The position numbers and the translations under genes are program-made. From contig NC_092673.1 in NCBI RefSeq assembly GCF_964355755.1, positions 18,783,648 to 18,847,647 of the forward strand: a stretch of 64,000 bases of DNA, in the 5' to 3' direction. This DNA comes from Antedon mediterranea. Lineage: Eukaryota > Animalia > Echinodermata. The first letter of the stretch is position 1; each line of letters begins with the position of its first letter. Positions 14,687-25,345 of this stretch are shown here, in pieces. The notes under the pieces were generated by a model, which ran no database searches, had not been told where the DNA came from, and was given only the letters and a program-made list of their open reading frames with translations.

Positions 14687-14726
14687 AATAAACCATACTT
14701 TTTAATATGCCATCTTTAAAAATTAA

Positions 14727-15029
14727 GCAAGTATTCTCAAATGTACTTAGTATAAAGTACAAATTACGTCAGAGTAGGGCAAAACATCTAATTACTCAAC
14801 TCCCTGACGCAAAACTACAATTACAATCCTGTTGGTGTAGTACCCGCTGCTTACTTAGGCTTGAATCTAACCACTAGCCATCAGCGCAAGCTCGGTGGTC
14901 TAGGGGTATGAACGCCAGGCTAGTGATCTGGAGGTCGTGGGTTGAAGTCCCACCCGAGAACTACTTGCAAATTTTTTTGCAAGTATTCTCAAATGTACTC
15001 ATACGTCAGAGTAGGGCAAAACATCTAAT
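14727..15029 (+). mobile_element. ~250-bp tRNA-containing unit with ~50-bp terminal direct redundancy
   Basis: Seen: GCAAGTATTCTCAAATGTACT...TACGTCAGAGTAGGGCAAAACATCTAAT at 14727-14792 and 14979-15029, enclosing a tRNA-like sequence and an oligo-T tract. Confidence 0.55.
14889..14961 (+). pseudogene. tRNA-like sequence (tRNA-Pro-like 5' half, AGT in anticodon position), probably a SINE-type head
   Basis: Seen: CTCGG/CCGAG acceptor pairing, A-box TGGTCTAGGGG, anticodon stem CCAGG/TCTGG with loop CTAGTGA, T-stem GTGGG/CCCAC. The T-loop TTGAAGT is non-canonical and the outer acceptor pairs mismatch, so it is unlikely to be functional. Confidence 0.7.
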
Positions 15030-15103
15030 AGAGAGAAATGGCGAACCGCGATGACGTCACTCAAATTTCACCGAGTGGGTATAGATCATGGAGTAACTAT
15101 AAT

Positions 15104-15574
15104 CAGGGCCGTAGCCAGAATCTGTCAAGGTGGGGTTCGGACACTAAATATTTGGGTCAACTTTATGCATGCTGCCTGACTGCCAGTGATCTAAACAATT
15201 ATAGGTACGCAGTTGTCTGGCGGTGTCCTTTGTACGAATCGTTTGTGCGCCAGCTCGCTATGAGACGCGTCAATATCATGTTACATGCAGCGACCAAACA
15301 TTTATTTTTCAGGTTAAAATCGGCAATTCATTTGCAGCTTTTAGAAATTTACAGACACGTATCACTAGTTGACGCTCATACAGAGAAGAAGTTTACGAAT
15401 TTTTCAATTTACAAACAACTTTTTGTACTGTGGGGCACGTATTTGGAGGATTTTTGGAGATGAGGGTGAGGTATTGGGCATGTCGGGGATGGGGGTTCGC
15501 AGTTGGTTAAGGGGGGTTCGTTGTAAAGGGGGGTTTCGACCGAACCATAAAAACCCCCCCTGGCTACGGGCCTG
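15104..15574. mobile_element. hAT-like MITE with 5-bp TSD (hAT5-type)
   Basis: Seen: TIRs CAGGGCCGTAGCCAG / CTGGCTACGGGCCTG (14/15), ATAAT duplicated at 15099-15103 and 15575-15579. Superfamily inferred from CAGGG termini and 5-bp TSD. Confidence 0.85.
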
Positions 15575-15864
15575 ATAATACTGTAGGCCTAGTCTAATGT
15601 AGACCTACAGATATGAGATATTTTTAGGAATATGATTGTGAATGATGGATGACTTTTATACATATTTCATTGGTTACAAATACAACAAGAATCATGAGCG
15701 TAACAGCAACATTATTGGTTAGACGACGCCATGACCATGATTCACGTGTATAAACATAGGAAATGTGCCGCCCTCAACGGGACCTTCTTATTAGAATACT
15801 CTCAGCTTTAATATATCAAAATTATTAAAGAAAACAGTATTTCTTATCAAATTTAGTTTAAAAC

Positions 15865-16819
15865 GGTCAGTCTAATTACCGAAAACAACCATAAACAACC
15901 TAAAAACAACCGAAAAGAAAATAATCTAAATACCGAAAAAAAATTGTGTATAATATTTTTTTTAATGTCGCCCTCTATTGATGGGTGTTTCTAAAGCTAA
16001 GACTATTACCATAACAGAGAGAAAACCGTGCGCGCAAAAGCCAAGGAAGACCCTACGAAATGGTAGTGTGCACAAAATACAACTAAAAATCGTACAATCA
16101 ATCAATGATCGCATTTACTTACAGAATCTATAAAAATATTTTAATTTTAGTCTTTCGATTTTTGATCCAGAAACGAACGCATTTACTCCTCACAATAATA
16201 ATTGTGAATCACGTTAATCCATAGTATAGAAAGTAAATTGACTATGGTTAATCATGATCAATTTAATTATAGATTTTAATAGATAGATATTAAATACAAA
16301 AATGATATTTTTAAGAATAATGATAACATTAGGGACTATAAAGTATACTTAAAACAAGCTCACGATAAAGGATTCACAATAAAATCTATTCAGTAAAATT
16401 AACGTAGTCGAGTAAATAACGTTTTTTTCCTTAATCACTTCAGTATTAACATTAAGTGATGAAAACCAGGGACGAAAACGCAAAGTTAGGTAAAATCATG
16501 CTTTAATTGCTTTTTAAAAGACTAAAACGAAATGTGTTTATAGATTTTGTAAGTAAATGTAGTCTACGGTGTATATCATTGAATTTGTATGATTTTGAGT
16601 TGTATTTTGTGCACACTACCATTTCGTAGGGTCTTCCTTGGCTTTTGCGCGCGCGGTTTTCTCTCTGTATGGTCTTACCCTATCTCTGTATGATGGTCTT
16701 AGCTTTAGAAACACCCATCAATAGAGGGCGACATTAACAAAAATATTATACAAATTTGTTTTCGGTATTTAGATTTTTCTTATTTTGTTTTCGGTTGTTT
16801 TCGGTAATTAGACTGACCC
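15865..16819. mobile_element. Mutator-like foldback element, long (~280-bp) TIRs, 9-bp TSD
   Basis: Seen: GGTCAGTCTAATTACCGAAAACAACC... inverted at 16819, arms pair over ~15865-16140 / 16530-16819. GTTTAAAAC at 15856-15864 and 16820-16828. Confidence 0.88.
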
Positions 16820-17074
16820 GTTTAAAACCTTTTCAGTAGAATTCCGATCAATTTGATATCTCATAACCCCTGGACGCCAGTATCTCTCTATACTCACCAA
16901 CCTCCTACCTCTCTTCAATCAAATCCTTCCCAGTATAAATTTCAATTCAACAACTTCATAGTGAGAGACCAAGCGTGGGATATATAGCTATGATAGGCCT
17001 AAGGTTTAAGTACTTTGCAAGTTGTGTAAATGAATAGTTTTTAAATACTTATATAATTACCATTAATTGTATAT

Positions 17075-18255
17075 TGTAAAGAATTTTAATACATCTTTAA
17101 TTATAAATATAAATATTTTTATACTGTATAAATTAATATTTATCTGTGTAAATTATTATTTTTTGCATTGTTATGTTGAGGACCCCTTCTGAAACAGCTA
17201 TCAAACTTAAAGGGGATGGGGGGGGGGTGAGATTACAGTTATCAATTCTAACAATAATTGATAAAATGCTGTTTAAATTTTGAATTTTATTTAGCAATTA
17301 TTTCATTCTGTCATTACGATAAATACACCCGTCCATACAATGATGAAATATCGGTATCATTTAGCAGAAAACGAGGCAGTTGAAATCTGGAACATGTAAG
17401 ATTCAGTTTAATGTAGGTTTGTGTTTGCTGATACAAACCAATTGCTCTTACTATTTTAAAATTGAATGGAAAGTGGATGGACAAACAGACAGACATACAT
17501 ACTATTTTGTTATATTTACACTTTAGATACCTGAAGTTGTACATAATTAGCACACATATTTCATTTTTTCTTTTTCAAGTATTGAAACGCTGTATTTAGT
17601 TAAATTCCTCTACAATCTTATTGTGTTTTCATTAGTGTATATTGCAGCTATGTTGATAAGAATGTGTTAAATGAAAACATTTGGTCAAATATATATTTGA
17701 TATGTTTTTGTTGGTGCTAAGAATGATACTGATATTAAATGTTGAAATTGTTTGTATTGTCAAAAATGATAACAACAGTGATTATATTTTAAATCAAATC
17801 ATGTAATAACATGACAATCTAAATGTATTGTGACCAAGACAATATTAATAAGCAATTATTTAAATATATATATATTTGTAAAGAATTTTAATACATCTTA
17901 AATTATAAATATAAATATTGTTATACTGTATAAATAATAAATAATTTATTTATATAAATAAATATTTATCTGTGTAAATTATTATTTTTTACATTGTTAT
18001 ATTGAGGACCCCTTCTGAAATAACTATCAATCTTAAAGGGGATGGGGGGGGGGGGGTGGTGAGATTAGTTATCAATTCTAACAATAATTGATAAAATGCT
18101 GTTTAAATTTTGAATTAAACGATAAATACACCTGTCCATACAGTGATGGAATATCGGTATCATTTAGCAGTAGGACAATCTTGCAGAAAACGAGGCAGTT
18201 GAAATCTATGGATCATGTAAGATTCAGTTTAATGTAGGTTTGTGTTTGCTGAAGA
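17075..18255. repeat. Diverged direct duplication of ~350-380 bp (17075-17430 and 17875-18255) containing a LINE-tail-like segment
   Basis: Seen: shared TTGTAAAGAATTTTAATACATC...GAGGACCCCTTCTGAAA...GGGG...GTAGGTTTGTGTTTGCTGA with small indels. Confidence 0.85.
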
Positions 18256-19520
18256 CAATCATTGTGGATAATTTAAACCGCAAGCTGTAGTTGTTGGTAC
18301 AATTGATGATAACTATTAATGATGTAGAAATTTATCAGTCTGTGTGAACTGTCATCTTAAAATATGTTTTTAATTTATATTTTTCAATGTCAATGTTTTC
18401 ATGCTTAATGCTGCATTTTGAGTAAAAATTGGCTTACTGTATTTAATATAATTTGCTTTTCTTTCTTTTCTAAATACAGTAAATGGTCAGAGTTTGAATA
18501 GTACAGAATTAATTCTTGCGCCCTCTAATCCTTCCCCTTACCATACTAGACATTGACACAACTTTGTTGAATCTCACTGTGCTACTAAACGCCACTTCTC
18601 TAGCCCTGTTCCATATTTGATCCGGTTGTTATACCATGGATTAAAGAAAGAATATAATCCATGGTTAAACGAACAATGATTAAAACTAATTTAATGTTTG
18701 TTGAATAAATTTTGTACAGTACTAAATTATATTTTTTATGAATGAATTTTAAATTTGTTAAATGAGAAGTTCTATATTTTGATGTTTTTTCACTTTCAAT
18801 TCAATTTTGTAAATTAAACTCAATTCAGTATTTATGCTGCCTGGCTATGTTTTAATGTTATTCATATTTTTTAATAAATACTAATGTACTAATGAATGAA
18901 AAACATATTTGTTTGATTTTAACATCGAGGAGATCATAATATCAAATTGTGCGTGCTAGCTATTGTTAAAAATTCATTGTATATTATAGGAATAATAATA
19001 TTCATTTCACCAACCCGCCGCCGGAGATCGAGTATTAAAGTTCTTTGATAATATTGCACCGATAAAAATATGTAGACAAATTGTGATTGCGCCCTCTATA
19101 AAAAATAAAGTTTAATAAACACCACACGTCAGAAACAAGAAGTAAGTTTTGTTTCATTATTATCATACCATATCACATACGGAATTCTTATACAGTACTG
19201 TATTGTTTTAATAGCAGGTCTTTTTTTGGATCTTATATTCGTATCCTAGGCTATAGGCCCTACCTAGCTAGCTAACAAACTACTGTAGGCCTAGGCTAGG
19301 CCAGGTCTAGGCTAGTAGGCCCTTGTTAGGGCTTAGGTACGTCCATCTCGGCCGCCGGTTACAGAACGCGATATTGTATGGAGCGCCAAAAGTGCCTGTT
19401 ATGATAGTGTAATGGTGACGACGTGGAATTACAGTCGAAACGGCCGCCAACCAAAGCGGCCGCTAGTTCAATAACGGTAATCTGTATGGAACGCCGTGTG
19501 GGCTTTGATTGTCGTGGGCT

Positions 19521-19737
19521 AAGATTACGCAATACCGTACGTAAATTATTAATGCAATACTGTAGAAAGATTCCATAGTATGTAAATGAGATATAAAGAT
19601 TCGGCAATACCGTACGTAAATTATTAATGCAATACTGTATAAAGATTCGATAGTATGTAAATGAGATATTAAGATTCGGCAATATTGTACGTAAATTATT
19701 TAATGCAATACTGTATAAAGATTTGATAGTATGTAAA
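19521..19737. repeat. 75-bp tandem repeat, ~3 copies, subterminal in the Mutator-like element
   Basis: Seen: GCAATACCGTACGTAAATTATTAATGCAATACTGTA.AAAGATT.. at 19529, 19604, 19679. Confidence 0.9.
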
Positions 19738-19984
19738 CGACCTAGAGCAGGATATACATTTTTCGTTTATATAGATTTAATTGATATTTTTTAGGAACTA
19801 GATTATTTATGTGGATATTTTTTATTTGGTTAATAAATATTTATTATCAATCATTAAACACTTTTTTTTTTTTGTATTTCACTGGTCTCTGAGAAGGACT
19901 GTCTTTTCAAAATGGCCATTTCTAAACACGTTTAAATATTATATTAGGCATAATATTATATTTATAATATTATATAATATTATA

Positions 19985-20137
19985 TCCCCGAAACCTCGAC
20001 TAAGAAATACTGGAATGGTGTCCGGCAGGGGACAGTTTATTACCATTAGTTAAGGTCCTATGTAAAGCACCTAGAGGGGTCAGTGATCCATTAGGCGCTA
20101 TATAAATACTGTTTATTATTATTATTATTATTATTAT
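19985..20137 (+). mobile_element. 3' tail of an L2-type LINE/SINE
   Basis: Seen: TGTAAAGCACCTAGAG...ATTAGGCGCTATATAAATAC followed by (TTA)n. This stem-loop plus microsatellite end is typical of L2-clade LINEs and their partner SINEs. Confidence 0.65.
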
Positions 20138-22114
20138 ATTTGGCATATAAAAATTTACCTCTATTTATAATTATGTACTGTATTACTATTACTTAATATA
20201 TTATATAGAGAATATACGTCTATGTCTTTTATTAAGCAAACATTTACGTAAAAGAGAACAATTTATTTAAAAACAATAATTTTTACAATATAGCCCGTAA
20301 AGCCAGCGTATCCATTTTTATACTTATGCATACTGTGGCAGATTATATCATTATCCGTGTCGTTAACAACATACTATTCGATCATCTTATTTTTATTTCT
20401 ATTTTATTTATATCCGTAATGTAGGGTAATATTAAGTTTATAATGATTATTGTTGAGGCAAATCACGTGTATATTTTATTTCTAATGTTTAAAATAGTTT
20501 TTTTGTAAAATGATCATTAGGCCCTGTATGCGAGTTACTGAAATAAACCCCCGAATAAGCCATATTGGAGAGGCTCCTTCTATGATCGTGCAGCTGTTTC
20601 CCGTAACAATACGTTATTTTGCTGACGGGGTTTCTCCTTTTTGAAAAACACGCACTTGTTAGTGTATAAAATCATGGACAAAACACGTACGATCGTTGTC
20701 CATGGCCAGGTAAAGATGACGTCTATTACTAAATAACCATACGTTTGAAACGTCTATAGGAGGCCTCCTGCACCTGTTTTTGTGAAATCATGAGATCATG
20801 TTCCGAATATGAGCACTCATGTTTCTATAATTTGACAGTAGGATTTATATATAATTTACGTATATACGTCGGCGATACTATAGATTTTAATTTGAAAAAT
20901 CTTTTATTTCTTCATTTATAATAATCATTTAATGTAAATAATTAAGTAAGTGCAACTTAGTGTCTCACATTCATACGCCGTTCGTAAATCTAATTGTTTA
21001 AATATCAGTACAGATTACCTCTTTGAGAATCGTGTCCACCTTATTACCCATACATATATTCTCACATCTATCATTAATTGTACATCATAGTTCTACTGTA
21101 GGGCCGGTAGATTGATTTATAACGGCATAGTATCTATTTTATTATTATCCCAAACCATGCTCACTTCAAAGTGGCGGATATCGAATGCAAAAATCATCAT
21201 CCATGCATCATCTTCCTTTATTGCATAAACCTCCTAAGCTGGTATAGAACGAGTTTCGTAATTAACTGTGATTAAAAAATATGCAATAGGCGCGTCTAAC
21301 TATTTATTATTTTCAAACCTTTAAACAGTGGCATGCCAATCTTTTCAAAAACTTGCACAACATTCAATAAAACAAAAACAAAACATTTTTAAAACGATTT
21401 TCTAAAAGAACACATTACACTTCATTAAAACCTGTAAGATAAAATGAAAACACAAATTATTTATAAATAATGAGATAAATATTTATATTTACTGTACTTA
21501 AAAAATAACGTCAAATAGTAGGCCTATTATTAGAAATTCTAATATTCAAAATTAACTGAAAACATAATGAACGTTTTCATTAAAAATGTATCTAATGCGC
21601 CATATACAAATTAGCGCGACCAAAATAAAACGCGACCGATATCAAACGTAACTAATGTGATAAAAAGCGTATCTAGCGGCGCTCCATACAAAATACCGGA
21701 TGTTGACTTTATCGCGACTGATTTCAAATGTGACCGATTTCATCTGACAACTTTAGGGGTATCACAAATAATATTTTGTTAGCCAGCTTTAGATATAAAA
21801 TAAATCGAATAGTAAAATATATCGATATTGATTGATATCACTACTACTAATTTATTATGTGAAAAATTTAGAAAAAAAGCATTTATTAAAACAATAATTA
21901 AAAGTTAATTAATGAATTTATTAATTAGTAGGCCTATACATGTAGAATACGTGCGTATGCATTAAATTTTAATTACTCACAATACAAGCATCGGTGGCGC
22001 GCCATACAATTCGGCTTTTTAATCCGGCGGCCGAGATTGTCGGCGGCCGAGATGGATCTAACCCCTTGTTAGTAGGCTGCCTAGGTAGCCTAGGGCCTAG
22101 ACCTCTACTACTAC

Positions 22115-22570
22115 GGGGACGATTGGGCCCACATTTTGCGGTCCCGATCGTCTTCAGCGTTGGGCCCGATCGTCATACCAGTTGGGCCCGATCGTCCAGT
22201 GTTTTCAGAACCACGTTGGGCCCGATCGTCTTACCAACTGGTCCCGATCGTCTTGGCGTTGGGCCCGATAGTCTTTTGTGTTATATAAAATAATGTGCCA
22301 CATTTCATCATTTTTTTCATTCCTAGTGCTAGTGTCAACATGCCTTTCTTGGGTAATTAAGATTTTAATTAAAAAGGTTAATTAGATTTTTTCTGATTTT
22401 ATCATAATTTTCCGATAATTAACACTACTGGTTTTAAGAATTTCTTACCAATACTCTCGATTTATGAATAAATGTGATTGATTTTGATTGTTTAATGTTA
22501 TTATTGTGTTGTTTGTATTCGCGTATTTATTTTTGTTTATTTTCCGAGAATGTTTTGGGCCCGATCGTCT
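22115..22570. repeat. Cluster of GGGCCCGATCGTC motifs (transposon subterminal-type repeats)
   Basis: Seen: one inverted copy (GACGATTGGGCCC, ~22118), six direct copies with variable spacers to ~22272, one more at ~22557. Confidence 0.7.
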
Positions 22571-22657
22571 TGTTTGTTAGGTACTACTAGCTAGGCCGAG
22601 CCATCTACGTACTACACTACTACTAGGCCTAGGGGCGCTAGTTCCGTTTCGCACCTG

Positions 22658-23473
22658 TCTTTTATTTCGACTCCAAATGTGTTAAGGAACTTTATCCTGA
22701 ATACCACACCTTAGAATTAGACCTCATAAGTACTTTTAGTTTTACGATGGAGAATCACAGAAAAAGTAACAAATAAATCCTTTAAATTGATGAATTTAGA
22801 CGTGTTTCTTGCACGTGGTTTGTGAATTTCAATATTGACGTTTCTATGGAGCGCCAAAAGAGCAACTATAATAGAGGGCTAAAAAGGCAGTGGAATGCGC
22901 ATATTTAATGCATCTATTGGTGAAAATTACGTTCAATTTCAATATATTTTGTCAATGTTAATACAACTAAAATGTTACTGTTGATACTGTACATGGTTTT
23001 CGACAAATCGACAAATTCATCATCATAAGATGTACTGTAGGTTATATACATCAATGATCTAAATAATATCCGTCTTAGTCCTGGGCATAGACCAATTAGA
23101 TGCTGATTTAGGGTCGTTTAATATTCTTTGAAAACAGCACATTATCGGCAGTAACATGTAAGAACATTTTTATTGACAAAAAAATTGTGAATTAAAACGT
23201 GTATTTTCATAAATAGATGCATTAAAAGTAGACGCATTCCACTGAATTTTTAACCCTCTATTATAGTTGCTCTTTTGGCGCTCTATAGAGACGAAAAAAA
23301 TGAAATTCGTGTATGCGAAATTCGCGAACGGTGTGCAAGAAACACGTCTGTAAAATCATCAATTTAAAGGATTTATTTGTTACTTTTTATGTGATCCTTT
23401 TTCATACAAGTACTTATGAGGCCCTAATTCTAAGGTGTGGTATTCAAAATAAGTTTGGAGTCGAAATAAAAGA
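22658..23473. mobile_element. Foldback/MITE with ~260-bp inverted arms
   Basis: Seen: TCTTTTATTTCGACTCCAAA / TTTGGAGTCGAAATAAAAGA, GAATACCACACCTTAGAATTAG / CTAATTCTAAGGTGTGGTATTC, GCGCCAAAAGAGCAACTATAATAGAGGG / CCCTCTATTATAGTTGCTCTTTTGGCGC. No clear TSD. Confidence 0.8.
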
Positions 23474-23779
23474 AGTAATAGTAATAGAAGTATATACAGG
23501 CTGTGCGATGTTTAAATAAAAAAGTGTTATAAATAAAATATCAATGTTCTTGTATTTTCCATAATAAAAACAGTCACTGCTGTAGGTGGAATGCACATGT
23601 GTAGCTTGTCTCTCACACAGCAGAGTTCCTCACACAGCCATGGCTTTGTGCTTGTTGTTAAATTGCGCCCTCAATGTAAGAAAATGATGATGTCATCGGT
23701 CATTTTAAGCGTACGTAAAATCCAGGGAACATAAAACAGAGATTCTACTGTATATTTAAATTTGATTTCTTTTAATTTA

Positions 23780-23900
23780 ATTTATATTGTTACATGTTTA
23801 TGTCTCGTCATATTGTATTTTTGTGAGGGTCCCTAATGGTCAGCTTCGGCTGGATGGACCACCCCCCTAAAATATTGTTGAAATAAAAATAAATAAATAA
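23780..23900 (+). mobile_element. Probable LINE 3' end fragment
   Basis: Seen: T-rich run, hairpin TGGTCAGCTTCGGCTGGATGGACCA, then (AAAT)n tail. Confidence 0.45.
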
Positions 23901-23965
23901 TACATTTTATAAAACATTTTTAATAGCAAACTATGGGTACATTCACTTCTACAGAAAATTATTAA

Positions 23966-24513
23966 AGATGTATTGTCGCTTGAACACAAAAAAATGAAGG
24001 TCAAAATATTCTAAATTTAAATTGGCCATACCAAAGTAATATTAAAGTTATTCACTTTAAGTTGAAAATTTGGGCCAGAAACAAAAATTTTACGTAATTA
24101 ACAGCTAAATTAATTTGATTACATTTCGTCTGGAAAATCGTCGCGAGCGAAAGTAAACAAAGATTTCAAACCTTGAGTATACATTTGCATGATGCTAATT
24201 AGGATTGTTTGCAACTTGTCACGGTTGAGAAGAAGGTGTTTTCACACAGATCACGATGAAGTTTTATGATTATGCATACAGAGTAGCCAAATAAGCGCGT
24301 TGCATTATGAGATATGTTTTGATCGAAAACTTTGACTGGAAGTCAAAGTTATTTTTTGAACCAAAAAACGTCTGTATTTCAGTTAAATGATTTTTTTTTC
24401 TACTAATTTTTGGTGAAAGTTAATAACTATTATGATACTTCAAAATGACCCACTTTTTTCGAAATCTTTTTTTTTTTTTTTTTTTTGGAATTTGACAAAG
24501 GGACAATACAACT
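23966..24513. mobile_element. Kolobok-like element (548 bp), TTAA TSD
   Basis: Seen: TTAA|AGATGTATTGTCGC ... GGGACAATACAACT|TTAA (12/14 inverted match). AG..CT termini with TTAA target are Kolobok signatures. Confidence 0.7.
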
Positions 24514-25345
24514 TTAAATTAGTTCACAAAGAAAGACCGAACCACAACAACAAACATCTACCCAGCGTTACTCAGCATGGTCTATTCTTTGCTGCGTAAT
24601 AATCTATGCCTGGTAAATTAAGTAATTTATTTATGATATAAATGTTACATTTGATTAATATTTATTTTTTCTACTAGAAACAAGTTAAATAGATATATTA
24701 TTAAACTATCCTTCGTGAAAACAAGTCAACAACAATCTATCTGCTATGCTATGCCAGGGCTAGGTAGTGCCATTGTTAACCCACTCACTATAGTTCATCC
24801 TCATTATCATTTTGGTAATAGTAGTGTACAATGATTGACAGAGTATTGACATATTTCATTTTATTATCACTCTGTGTAAATATAACCTAAATGGTAATAG
24901 TACCGAAAGTTATAAACTGCTGTGTGTTCTATTTATTATCTTTGTTTAACATTAGAATACAATGTTAATATTAAATCTATGGTAAAGATTATCTGATAAC
25001 AAATTGTATAACAGCAGTGTTATAATGAACTTGTTATCATATAAACTGTCTGACAAGAGCAATATGTACAACAAATATATTTAGATTATAAAGATAATAA
25101 ATGTTTGCTAAAGTATTCTGACTGTATATAGACCCTGAACCAGACCATCAGATCAAATGTGAGATAACAAATTACCTATCAGAGGTCCCTGTAGCCCATT
25201 CAAATAAGACCAATTTTGACAAATATCAGGGCCGTACACAGGATTTTATTTGGGTGGATGCTGATTAATATATTTTGGACCATTTTCATAATATTGAGTG
25301 AAGACGATAAGACCCTATAAATGTGGACCTTTTGCAATTGGGGGT

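Larger units (their letters stand above)
19330..22063. mobile_element. Mutator-like non-autonomous element, ~2.7 kb, 9-10-bp TSD
   Basis: Seen: TCCATCTCGGCCGCCG (~19342) inverted as CGGCGGCCGAGATGGA (~22041), TTGTATGGAGCGCC / GGCGCGCCATACAA. CCTTGTTAG at 19321-19329 and 22064-22072. Confidence 0.75.

Noticed and set aside
14889-14961. Functional tRNA-Thr(AGT) gene
   Set aside because: Non-canonical T-loop, mismatched outer acceptor stem, Pro-like 5' half, embedded in a repeat unit.
15038-15575. 141-aa and 68-aa ORFs
   Set aside because: They lie across the MITE and have no recognisable domain.
21994-22293. 99-aa GPDR-rich ORF
   Set aside because: Translation of the GGGCCCGATCGTC repeats.
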